A stretch of DNA of 64,000 bases from an uncultured delta proteobacterium (GTDB lineage: Bacteria > Desulfobacterota > RBG-13-43-22). This document shows positions 1 through 8,170 of this stretch, piece by piece. Position numbers and translations under genes: made by a program. Position 1 is the first letter of the stretch; every line of letters begins with the position of its first letter. The DNA lies in assembly GCA_963746605.1 (NCBI GenBank), contig CAVVCH010000054.1, positions 21,366 through 85,365 on the forward strand, in the 5' to 3' direction. The notes under the pieces were generated by a model. The model saw only the letters and a program-made list of their open reading frames with translations. It was not told where the DNA came from and made no database searches.

Positions 1-213
1 ATGTTCCCGGTTTTCCTGGACGTAGCGCCGAATCTCCTCGCCGGCTCCGGTCTCGGCCATAAATCGTTCGTACCCGTCTATGGAAATGGCAAATCCGGGG
101 GGAACGCGCAGGCCCAGTCGGGTCATCTCCCCCAGGTTGGCGCATTTCTTTCCTACCCGGTCATTGTCCCCGGTCCCCAGTTCCTCAAACCAAAAGATCC
201 ATTGTTCGCTCAT
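1..213 (-). CDS. PEP/pyruvate-binding domain protein (PPDK_N-like); first 71 codons only, gene runs off the window start
   Basis: Minus-strand ATG at 213-211; translation MSEQWIFWFEELGTGDNDRVGKKCANLGEMTRLGLRVPPGFAISIDGYERF fits the N-terminal motif of PEP synthase / pyruvate phosphate dikinase. Confidence 0.55.
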   Translation of the reverse strand, partial: MSEQWIFWFEELGTGDNDRVGKKCANLGEMTRLGLRVPPGFAISIDGYERFMAETGAGEEIRRYVQENREH

Positions 214-231
214 GAAACCTGCTCCTGGATG

Positions 232-264
232 ACCCTTCCCTCCCCGCGGCGGGGAGGGAAGGGT
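232..264. repeat. Perfect 16-bp-arm palindrome ACCCTTCCCTCCCCGC-G-GCGGGGAGGGAAGGGT between two co-oriented genes
   Basis: Arms 232-247 and 249-264 are exact reverse complements; lies between the stop of the upstream gene (277) and the start of the downstream gene (213). Confidence 0.6.
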
Positions 265-276
265 CCCAAAGGTTTG

Positions 277-1959
277 TTACTTGTCCAGAATAAACACCAC
301 ACCCATATTGGCATCTACTTTAATTCTCTGGCCGGACTTGATCTTGGTCGTGCCCTCAAAGACATTCATGACCACTGGGATGCCGTATTCCCGACCCACA
401 ATAGCGGCATGGGAAAGGCTGGCCCCGCGGTCAACCACCACGCCCTTGATCATGGAAAATACCGGAGTCCAACTGGGCGAAGTGCTGGCCGCTACCAGGA
501 TATCCCCTTCGGCGACCAGGTGAAGTTCGTCTTCGTTCAGGATCACCCGGGCCGGGCCTTCGGCCACTCCGGGGGAACCGCAGGTCCCGTAGAGGTCGGC
601 TTTGAGCTCCGGACGCACCTGGGGCATGGAACCGACCACGACCTTAAGGGCGATGGGATCCATGGATTGAACCAGGACCCCCATGGCCATATCCAGATCA
701 AAACCCTCCTTTAAGAAGGCCGGCGGATTGGGGGTCTTTTGCCATTCCTGCCATTCCGCTTTTCGACGGTCCACAATGTAGCGCAAATCAAACTGGTCGG
801 GATTGAGCCCGGCGCGGCGAACTTCATCGGGGATGATGAAGAAGATATCTTCGGCCTGGTCGAGGGCCCCTTTCTGGGCGAAACGCCGTCCCAGCCCCAG
901 GGCGCTTCGACGCATCATGGCATGGGTATAGAGATCCAGATAATGATCGTGTTCTTCGCTGAAGACCCCGCTCTTTTGGGCCAGAAGCATCAAGCGGCCG
1001 AACCAGCCTCGCTGCTCCTGGGGAACCTTGGCCAAAACCTCTTTTTCCGCCGCTTTCCGCTGTTCGGTGATTTTGCTCCTCTCGGCATCGAGGTTAAATC
1101 CCCCGCCCTTCTGGAGAAACTGTTTCACATTGACCAGGGCCGGGGTGGGGTCTTCCACCCAGGTAGGCAGGTTCATCTCGGACATTCGTTGCATGCGCCA
1201 GCCGTCTTCGTTCATGAAAGCCATGAACGCCTTCATGAATTCTTTTCCCTTGGCCGTTTCCTGGAGACGACCCAGGATTTCAGCGGGCTTGCTTTCCAGG
1301 ATGAGGTCAGCCAATCCGTCCTCCCGGGCTCTCTTGGAAAACTCCCACAGGAGGCGGTCCACCTGGAAGACCTTATTGTCAAAACCCGATACTAGATTAT
1401 GAAAGAGCGGCGAGGTATCGTCGATTCCGGCCAGTTCCCGGCACATATTTTCAAATAGGATATAGGCCGTATAGGTGCCGTACATCATGTACATGTGGAT
1501 TTCCCACATACGGCGGCAGGTGTTGATCGTCTCTTCAAAATTATCCAAGAGTTCAATGTTGGAAGCCTGATCGAGATCCAGGGCCTTCAGCTTTTCATAA
1601 CGCCCTAAAATCTCCTTGACGAACCCTCCCCAGAGCCCGTCATAGTCTTCAATAAAAGGGAGGATGGCCTTGCGAAATTCCGTCTCTCTTCTTTGCTTTT
1701 CTTCCTCGCTGTGGACCAGCAACAACGTCAGGTACCCACCCCCCCTATGGAAACGCCAATCCCAGCCCTTAACCGTCGGCAGGCTCAGCTTTTCCGCCCC
1801 GTACTGCATACCGTGGCGGCAGAAGTTGATCCAAAACCAACCAAACATGGGGGTCCAGGGCGGGACGGAATGGGTGCCGTCCAAAAACCAGGCGGGTGAT
1901 TGGGCAAAATCTCTTTCTGGCTCAAATTCCAAACCGGGGACGACATCATACACTTTCAT
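277..1959 (-). CDS. PEP-utilising enzyme mobile (phosphohistidine) domain protein
   Basis: 560-aa ORF; C-terminal GDILVAASTSPSWTPVF...GGASLSHAAIVGREYGIPVV matches the PEP-utilizer mobile domain; RBS AAAGGAGGAGG upstream of ATG at 1959. Confidence 0.8.
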   Translation of the reverse strand: MKVYDVVPGLEFEPERDFAQSPAWFLDGTHSVPPWTPMFGWFWINFCRHGMQYGAEKLSLPTVKGWDWRFHRGGGYLTLLLVHSEEEKQRRETEFRKAILPFIEDYDGLWGGFVKEILGRYEKLKALDLDQASNIELLDNFEETINTCRRMWEIHMYMMYGTYTAYILFENMCRELAGIDDTSPLFHNLVSGFDNKVFQVDRLLWEFSKRAREDGLADLILESKPAEILGRLQETAKGKEFMKAFMAFMNEDGWRMQRMSEMNLPTWVEDPTPALVNVKQFLQKGGGFNLDAERSKITEQRKAAEKEVLAKVPQEQRGWFGRLMLLAQKSGVFSEEHDHYLDLYTHAMMRRSALGLGRRFAQKGALDQAEDIFFIIPDEVRRAGLNPDQFDLRYIVDRRKAEWQEWQKTPNPPAFLKEGFDLDMAMGVLVQSMDPIALKVVVGSMPQVRPELKADLYGTCGSPGVAEGPARVILNEDELHLVAEGDILVAASTSPSWTPVFSMIKGVVVDRGASLSHAAIVGREYGIPVVMNVFEGTTKIKSGQRIKVDANMGVVFILDK

Positions 1960-1990
1960 GGTTCCTCCTCCTTTTGGGGTTATTAATTAA

Positions 1991-2010
1991 GGTCTCTCGG
2001 GAAAGAGACC
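1991..2010 (-). promoter_or_regulatory. 7-bp stem-loop GGTCTCT-cgggaa-AGAGACC in the 5' leader of the PEP-utiliser gene
   Basis: Perfect inverted repeat 1991-1997 / 2004-2010, followed on the transcribed strand by an A/U-rich stretch and the RBS; possible attenuator or terminator of the upstream SDR transcript. Confidence 0.3.
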
Positions 2011-2141
2011 CGGATTCTGCCCGATCACTAATTTCTTACCTCTGACTAACAATATTTGAATTTTTGGCTCAAATTCGACACCCGAAACAAATTCAAATGA
2101 CCAAAATTCAAAACACTGGGCAAGTCAATATGTTTCGGTCA

Positions 2142-2191
2142 TTCGAATTTCTGATATTGCTTTTTGTTTCGAATTTCGTGCTTCGAATTTC
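2142..2191 (+). promoter_or_regulatory. Three direct copies of TTCGAATTTC within 50 bp (candidate regulator binding sites)
   Basis: TTCGAATTTC at 2142, 2168 and 2182; reverse-oriented copy GAAATTCGAA at 3021-3030 near the sigma-54 promoter. Confidence 0.3.
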
Positions 2192-2202
2192 GGATTTGGT
2201 TT

Positions 2203-2955
2203 TTAATGCATGGCCCGTCCGCCATCGATCAGCAGCGTCTGCCCGGTAATAAAATCACTTTCCGGGGAAGCCAGGAAAAGGGCGGCCCCTACCAGATCTT
2301 CCGGCTTTTCCAGCCGCTTCAGGGGCGTCTTAGAAACATCGTATTTCGAGACATCGGCCAGTCCCCGGCTCGCTTCGGTATCGGTAAAACCGGGGGCAAT
2401 ACAGTTGATGCAGATATTGTGCGGTCCCAGTTCCACCGCCAGGGCACGGGTCAGACCGATAATACCCCCTTTGGAGGCCACGTAATGGGCAAAACCATTG
2501 GATCCCGTAAAAAAGACCTCCGAGGCCAGATTAATGATCTTTCCATATCCCTGTTCTTTCATGAAAGGAAAGACGGCCCGGGTGGATAAAAAAGCCCCTT
2601 TGACGTTCACGTTCATCACCAGATCCCATTCCGCCAGATCGATCTCAAAAAAGGGCTTCCTCTTGATCCCGTCGTAAATAGCCGCATTGTTGAGCAGGAT
2701 ATCGAGGCGGCCAAATTTTTTGAGCGTTTCCTGGGCCATGGCCTGGGTATCTCCCTCCACGGCCACATCGGCTTGAAACATTTCGGCTTCCCCGCCCAGG
2801 GAACGGATCATCCGGACGGTTTGCTCCAGGTTGTCCAGATCCTTGCGCGTCACGGCCATGATTCGGGCCCCTTCCTGGGCCAAACCCAGACAGAAAGCCC
2901 GTCCCAGGCCCTTGGCGGCGCCGGTGACGATGGCTACTTTGTCTTTTAATCGCAT
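2203..2955 (-). CDS. SDR family oxidoreductase (3-oxoacyl-ACP reductase-like)
   Basis: 250 aa; TGAAKGLG Rossmann motif near the N-terminus, catalytic YVASK, NNAA motif. Confidence 0.9.
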   Translation of the reverse strand: MRLKDKVAIVTGAAKGLGRAFCLGLAQEGARIMAVTRKDLDNLEQTVRMIRSLGGEAEMFQADVAVEGDTQAMAQETLKKFGRLDILLNNAAIYDGIKRKPFFEIDLAEWDLVMNVNVKGAFLSTRAVFPFMKEQGYGKIINLASEVFFTGSNGFAHYVASKGGIIGLTRALAVELGPHNICINCIAPGFTDTEASRGLADVSKYDVSKTPLKRLEKPEDLVGAALFLASPESDFITGQTLLIDGGRAMH

Positions 2956-3049
2956 GGGTACACCTTTCCGCTTCCAGAGTGGAGGGACTATCTTCTTTCC
3001 TTAAATTTAATCCAAAATCAGAAATTCGAATCTCTGTTTTCCTTGAAGA

Positions 3050-3065
3050 AGCAAGTTCAATGCCA
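3050..3065 (-). promoter_or_regulatory. Candidate sigma-54 (-24/-12) promoter TGGCAT-N5-TTGCT upstream of the SDR gene
   Basis: Minus-strand reading of 3065-3050 is TGGCATtgaacTTGCT against consensus TGGCAC-N5-TTGCW; about 95 bp upstream of the SDR start; a sigma-54 activator gene lies immediately upstream. Confidence 0.5.
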
Positions 3066-3184
3066 AAACCTGCAAAAAGAAACCCGAACGAATTCAGAGC
3101 GTTATTCTGAGAGGTGCCTATTCGACGGATGGTCGCCCTGGAAAATCCTTTGCCAGGACCGGAAAGATCTTTGCCGGTTTGCCC

Positions 3185-4528
3185 TTAAAGGGAAAGCCGG
3201 TACTTTTGAATTTTAGTCCTCAAGGTCGGCCGGGAAATTTTTAATAATTTGGCCGCCTGGGTCAGATTCCCTTGCGTTGTTTTTAAAGCCCTTTTCAGGA
3301 TCTCTTCTTCGGCTTCGCCCAGGGAGGAAACATTCGGGCGATCATAAGGAAGGCGTTGGCTGCGGTTCAGAATCTCTTTGACCGTCTCCTCCAGAATAAC
3401 CTCCTCCTTGCCCAGAATGCAGGCCAGGGTCAGCAGGTTTTCCATCTCCCGTACATTTCCCGGCCAGTCATATTCGCTCAGCAATTGCACCGCCCGGTCT
3501 TCGATCTTTAATACCCTGGTATGGTGCTCGCGATTGATCTTATGCAAAAAATGCTGGATCAATAAAGGAATGTCTTCCCGGCGTTCCCGCAGGGGGGGGA
3601 TATAGATGGTCAGGACTTTGAGTCGGTAGTAGAGGTCTTTTCGAAATTTTCCCTGGGCGATGGCCTGATAGAGGTCCCGGTTGGTGGCGACCACGATTCG
3701 GGCATTGGATTTTTTCTGGGAAGTGCCCCCGATACGCTGGTATTCTTTGTCCTGCAAAAAACGCAGGAGCTTGCCCTGCATGGAAAGAGGGAGATCCGCG
3801 ATCTCGTCGAGAAAAATGGTCCCCTCCGCCGCCATTTCGAATAAGCCCCGGTGGCTCTCAACAGCCCCGGTAAAAGAGCCTTTTTCGTGGCCGTAGAGGG
3901 TGCTCTCCGACAGGGTTTCGACAATCGTGGTGCAGTCCACGGTGACAAAGGGGCCTTCCCGGTTGGGGCTGTTTTGATGGATGACCTGCGCCATCAACTT
4001 CTTCCCCGTTCCCGTTTCGCCTCGAATTCCGACCAGGGCCGTGGTATTGGAGATCAGTCCGATAAATTTATAAATATCCCGCATGGCCTTGCTCTGACCG
4101 ATCAAAGTAAATCCGTTAGCGGAAAGGGACGGCGGTTCCTGGAGAGGAGCAATCTGGGTATTTAAGGTTAAGATACGAATGGCCTTTTGTATTTTATGGT
4201 CCAATTCCTGGAGATCGATATCTTCCAGGACATAATCATAGGCCCCTAATTTTATGGCCTGAATGGTCGTATCCATATCCTGGAAGGCGGAAAAAAGGAT
4301 GGTCTTGGTTTGGGGGAATTCCTGCTGAATCCGCTGGAGTATCTCCAGGCTGTTCGTATCCGGCAGCGGGGCGCCTAAAAGGACCATGGCGGGTTTGCAG
4401 GTCATGAGCAGGGGCAGGGCCTCTTTCCCGGAGAGGGAAACCTTCATCTCATAGCGATCCTGGAAATGATGCCGGACCTTATCCTGAAAGGCTGGCCGGC
4501 CTCCAATGATCAACAATTTGCGTTGCAT
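3185..4528 (-). CDS. Sigma-54-dependent Fis-family transcriptional activator (NtrC-like, atypical receiver domain)
   Basis: 447 aa; AAA+ sigma-54 interaction domain (GETGTGK Walker A, GSFTGA), C-terminal Fis-type HTH QGNLTQAAKLLKISRPTL. Confidence 0.9.
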   Translation of the reverse strand: MQRKLLIIGGRPAFQDKVRHHFQDRYEMKVSLSGKEALPLLMTCKPAMVLLGAPLPDTNSLEILQRIQQEFPQTKTILFSAFQDMDTTIQAIKLGAYDYVLEDIDLQELDHKIQKAIRILTLNTQIAPLQEPPSLSANGFTLIGQSKAMRDIYKFIGLISNTTALVGIRGETGTGKKLMAQVIHQNSPNREGPFVTVDCTTIVETLSESTLYGHEKGSFTGAVESHRGLFEMAAEGTIFLDEIADLPLSMQGKLLRFLQDKEYQRIGGTSQKKSNARIVVATNRDLYQAIAQGKFRKDLYYRLKVLTIYIPPLRERREDIPLLIQHFLHKINREHHTRVLKIEDRAVQLLSEYDWPGNVREMENLLTLACILGKEEVILEETVKEILNRSQRLPYDRPNVSSLGEAEEEILKRALKTTQGNLTQAAKLLKISRPTLRTKIQKYRLSL

Positions 4529-4638
4529 TTTTTTTAAAGCCTACGATTTAGAGGAGCACGCTAAAGGGTTTCGCTGTTATAAATCCTGAAAGTACCCACA
4601 ATAAGAGGTGTTCGCAAAAAGTCCGGCAGAAAGTGCCT

Positions 4639-4747
4639 GTCATTCTGAGCGAAGCGAAGAATCTCGTTTTTTAAACAGGTTGTAAAATCCTTCGCGGAGT
4701 TTACCCTGAGCCAAAGTCGAGATCCTTCGCTTCGCTCAGGATGACAG
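4639..4747. repeat. Family A palindromic element (GTCATTCTGAGCGAAGCGAAGAATCTCG ... CGAGATCCTTCGCTTCGCTCAGGATGAC)
   Basis: 28-bp inverted arms at 4639-4666 and 4719-4747; related copies at 13550, 27262, 56245 and 63744. Confidence 0.65.
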
Positions 4748-4898
4748 ACGAAGGGATCAAAGTAACACTCTAATACTTTCTGCGAGGTTAAACATATAGA
4801 AACCAAGACTATTTTAGAGAATATCGATGGGATAAACAAGCCTAACTTTTTAGACCTTTCCCTTGTTTTAATTTTCCCCCTATAGTATTTTTCCCTTC

Positions 4899-5488
4899 AT
4901 GGATTGGAATGAATTTACCCGGGGGCTTTTTCGGCTGGCCGAACCTTATTTAAAGATAAGAGGCGATCTCCCTCACGCCCAAGTTTCTCACCGCTATGCG
5001 TTGCGCTTGCTGGAAGAAGAGGGGGGCGAATCGCGCATTGTGGAGCCGGCCGTCATTTTACATGATGTGGGCTGGTCGGAACTGGAACCCGAACAAATCA
5101 AGATCGCTTTCGGGGTGCGGGCCGGGGGGAGGAGGCCGAACGGCTCAACCGGATACACGAACAGGCCGGAGCGGCTATTGCCCGCCGGGTGCTGCAATCC
5201 CTGAACTACCATCCTCACTGGATCGAGAGGATTGTTTTTCTAATTGAACGCCATGACTCAGGAGACCGGGCCGAGTCCCTGGAAGAACAGATAGTGAAGG
5301 ATGCCGACAAGCTCTGGCGGTTTTCTCCCCTGGGCTTCTGGAAAGAGATTGAACGGCAAGGCCTGGGGCGGGAAGAACTGTATCGGTATCTATCGGCCCG
5401 GTACCGCCGCTGGTTTTTTACGCCAACCGCGGTGAAATTGGCCGGGGAAGAATTGAGGGACCGGGGGGAGGAAATCGCCGGGAATTAA
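4899..5488 (+). CDS. HD-domain phosphohydrolase, interrupted by a frameshift in a G-run near 5120-5135
   Basis: ORFs 4899..5204 (HAQVSHRYALRLL...ILHDVGW) and 5189..5488 (IERHDSGDR...VKDADKL) are the two halves of one HD domain in different frames. Confidence 0.6.
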
Positions 5489-5534
5489 TCCCCCGGGATC
5501 CTCGAACCCTCTAAACTTCAATGGGCGGAGATTA

Positions 5535-6752
5535 ATGATGGATAATCTTTTGAGTATACTCGATTCCTTCAAACCGGGCTGGAAAGAGAAGAAGGAAGTT
5601 AAAGATTTTCTGGCTATCCTGGAGGAACTGATCATTCCCAGCTATCCGAACCTGGAGACTACGATAGAAGATCATAAAGCTGTTTTCCCCCCGGAATGGG
5701 ATCAGATCACTTCCGGGTTTAAAGAGGCCCGGATCTTTGAACGGTTCGTCCCCCCGAAATACGGCGGTCAAAAAATCTCGGAGTCGGATATCTATTGTCT
5801 CATGGAACTCCTGGGCTATGCCTCTCCGGCTATCGGCATTATCTTTGTGTCCCATGGGCGGGCCATCGATATTGTCTGCCGGGGCAGTCAGCAGCAGAAG
5901 GAAGCCTATCTTCCCCGAATGGCCGCCGGACATTTCGGGGCGATTGCCATGACCGAGGAAAAAGCCGGGTCGGACGCCAGTGCCATCGGCTTTTCAGCCA
6001 AATCGATTGACGGGCAGTACGCGTTGAACGGTGAAAAGATTTTCATCTCCAATAGCGGACTGGCTGAGATTTATGCCATCCTGGTCAATACCAAGGGGAC
6101 GAAAGGCCCCCGGTCCCTCAGCCTGTTTATTGTGGAGGACGGGACCCAGGGTTTCTCCATCGAAGGCTTGCCGGAAAAAGACGGCTTGAAGGCCTTACCC
6201 ACGGGCCGTCTCATCTTCCGGGAGGTCCTGGTGCCCGAAACCAATATGATCGGCGAAGAGGGGAAAGGTCTGTTATTAACCCTGGATGTTATCGACCGGG
6301 GAAGGATCCATATTGCCGGCATCTGTTGCGGATTGGCCTACCGGATTTTTCGGGAAATCTATCATTATGCCCTTCGAAGAAGGCAATTTGACCATCCGCT
6401 GACCAGCAGTCAGGATATCAGCTTCCAGATCGCCGACATGTATTCTAAAATGAATGCGGCCCGGGGACTGTGTTTCCATGCCTTGGAGCAGGTGGGCGGA
6501 CCTTATTACCGTCTGAGCTCTTCCCTGGCCAAACTGTTCGCCACCCAAATGGTCATGGATGTAGCCGCCCGGGCCCAGATTCTAATGGGCGGGAGGGGCT
6601 ATCTTCGAAACGATCTGATTAATCAACTGGCCTCCGATGCCCGGGGCATGGAATATCTGGAAGGGACCTCCAACATTCAAAAAATGATCATTACTCGGGA
6701 ACTGTTCAAGGTGTATTATGAAAAAGCCGATCCGGCCAGTACCAGCAGATAG
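5535..6752 (+). CDS. Acyl-CoA dehydrogenase family protein
   Basis: 405 aa; central GEKIFISNSGLAEIYAILVNT and C-terminal layout typical of acyl-CoA dehydrogenases. Confidence 0.8.
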   Translation: MMDNLLSILDSFKPGWKEKKEVKDFLAILEELIIPSYPNLETTIEDHKAVFPPEWDQITSGFKEARIFERFVPPKYGGQKISESDIYCLMELLGYASPAIGIIFVSHGRAIDIVCRGSQQQKEAYLPRMAAGHFGAIAMTEEKAGSDASAIGFSAKSIDGQYALNGEKIFISNSGLAEIYAILVNTKGTKGPRSLSLFIVEDGTQGFSIEGLPEKDGLKALPTGRLIFREVLVPETNMIGEEGKGLLLTLDVIDRGRIHIAGICCGLAYRIFREIYHYALRRRQFDHPLTSSQDISFQIADMYSKMNAARGLCFHALEQVGGPYYRLSSSLAKLFATQMVMDVAARAQILMGGRGYLRNDLINQLASDARGMEYLEGTSNIQKMIITRELFKVYYEKADPASTSR

Positions 6753-6762
6753 ATTCTACCGT

Positions 6763-7161
6763 TCACCAAACACTTTTAACATGGTGATAATTTAAAATTC
6801 TTTGGTCCTTGGTGAGGACCGTGGCTTTCTCTTCTCGCGCCGTAGCCACGATGATCTGATCGGCCGGATCGTCATGGAATGGTCTGGGTAGTACCGTTGA
6901 GCGGTAGGCTATCCGGGATGTAAGCTGGACTATTCTGAGTTTTGGCATTTCCAAAGCGCCGTCGATCCATTCCTCAGGGTTATAGGATATGCCGACCTTC
7001 CCTTTTTCCAAAAGCTTACAAAATTCCCAGGGAGAAATGGCCGATAAGAGAAGCTCATCGTATTCATCTTCATGCTCAATCAGTTTAGTGACTTTCCGCG
7101 ACAGATTTTGGGGGCGCATATTCCACCAAACCCAGGTATGGGTATCGAGCAGGTATTTCAT
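6763..7161 (-). CDS. vapC: Type II toxin, PIN domain (VapC family)
   Basis: MKYLLDTHTWVWW...DPADQIIVATA PIN motifs; start ATG overlaps the antitoxin stop by 4 bp (ATGA). Confidence 0.8.
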   Translation of the reverse strand: MKYLLDTHTWVWWNMRPQNLSRKVTKLIEHEDEYDELLLSAISPWEFCKLLEKGKVGISYNPEEWIDGALEMPKLRIVQLTSRIAYRSTVLPRPFHDDPADQIIVATAREEKATVLTKDQRILNYHHVKSVW

Positions 7162-7391
7162 TGAGATGCTTCCCACAGTCCTTCACCAAGGGGGGTAACG
7201 ATATCCATTTCGAAGACAAAGGCATCGGCGAGTTTGCCTGGCATAGGTTTCATTTCCGATTTTCGAAAACCAATTACTTGAGCCATGGGTTTGCCCCTCT
7301 TCGTTATAACGATGGGTTCGTTGGATTTGGCAACCTCGTTTAGTACCTTTAACGCCTGGGCCTTAAATTTACTTATGGCCATGGTCTTCAT
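7158..7391 (-). CDS. Type II antitoxin, Phd/YefM family
   Basis: 77 aa; ISKFKAQALKVLNEVAKSNEPIVITKRGKPMAQVI matches the Phd/YefM pattern; immediately upstream of the PIN toxin. Confidence 0.7.
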   Translation of the reverse strand: MKTMAISKFKAQALKVLNEVAKSNEPIVITKRGKPMAQVIGFRKSEMKPMPGKLADAFVFEMDIVTPLGEGLWEASQ

Positions 7392-7584
7392 CTGACCACC
7401 TCCTTCTTTTTAGAAAGTAGTCAAATAAAGTGGTCAAGTCAAGAAAAAATGACGCCGGACTGCTTGTCCTTCAATTTCCCGCAAAATAGATAACCGCCTT
7501 CGGGGCTAAGATAAAAACGGTTCCGATTGACAGGGGAAAACAAACCGGATAGAATACATGTGTATTCGCTGGACAGGAGGTTTT

Positions 7585-7833
7585 ATGCAAACTCAGAAAA
7601 AAGTGAAAACAGTCCGTTTTGATGAATCCGAATTGTCTCGTATAAAAATGGCCGCCGTGCGACTTGACCTTCCCGAGGCGGAGGTTATACGCCGGGCCGT
7701 CACTATTGGAATAATGGATTTGCTTAATGGGGAGGATGAAGATGTGGTTCTCAGACGCCGCCTGGCGGATAAGTCCCCGGATGTAGACGGAAAAACTTTT
7801 CTCCTATCCTTAAGAAAGGAATTTTCTCTCTAA
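7585..7833 (+). CDS. Type II antitoxin (RelB/ParD-like)
   Basis: Small ORF with AGGAGG RBS 5 nt upstream; stop overlaps the start of the RelE/ParE toxin gene by 1 nt. Confidence 0.55.
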   Translation: MQTQKKVKTVRFDESELSRIKMAAVRLDLPEAEVIRRAVTIGIMDLLNGEDEDVVLRRRLADKSPDVDGKTFLLSLRKEFSL

Positions 7834-8123
7834 TGCCCTTCCAGCTCAAGCTGAAACAGGCAGCCGCTAAAGACCTCTATAAATTAGTCAAGAAGAATAA
7901 ATCCCTGGGCCGAGTGATTATCAACCAGGTGCTCCCTGAAATTATCGATAAACCTTTTCAGGGAAAATTGAAGCAAGGTGACCTCAGTCGATTTCGTTCC
8001 TGGGATTTCAATTTTAAGGGCGCCGCCTATCGGGTTCTTTATGAGCTCGAAGGCGACATTGTCCGAATTTTCGCCATCGGCATTCACGATGTATCCTACC
8101 GAAAAGCAAAATCCCGCACCTGA
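7833..8123 (+). CDS. relE: Type II toxin, RelE/ParE family
   Basis: 96 aa; ...GDLSRFRSWDFNFKGAAYRVLYELEGDIVRIFAIGIH resembles RelE/ParE toxins. Confidence 0.7.
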   Translation: MPFQLKLKQAAAKDLYKLVKKNKSLGRVIINQVLPEIIDKPFQGKLKQGDLSRFRSWDFNFKGAAYRVLYELEGDIVRIFAIGIHDVSYRKAKSRT

Positions 8124-8170
8124 CCCTTTAAAAGATAATTTTAGAAAACGCTTCGGAGAAAGGCCCCTTC

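Noticed and set aside
1-714. 237-aa plus-strand ORF at the window start
   Set aside because: It lies antisense to two well-supported minus-strand genes (PEP/pyruvate-binding N-terminus and the PEP-utiliser gene) and has Gly/Pro-rich composition; treated as a spurious GC-rich antisense ORF.
4561-4839. 92-aa minus-strand ORF (…CHPERSEGS…LRFAQNDR…)
   Set aside because: It is the translation of a family A palindromic repeat; the same peptide motifs recur wherever the repeat occurs.
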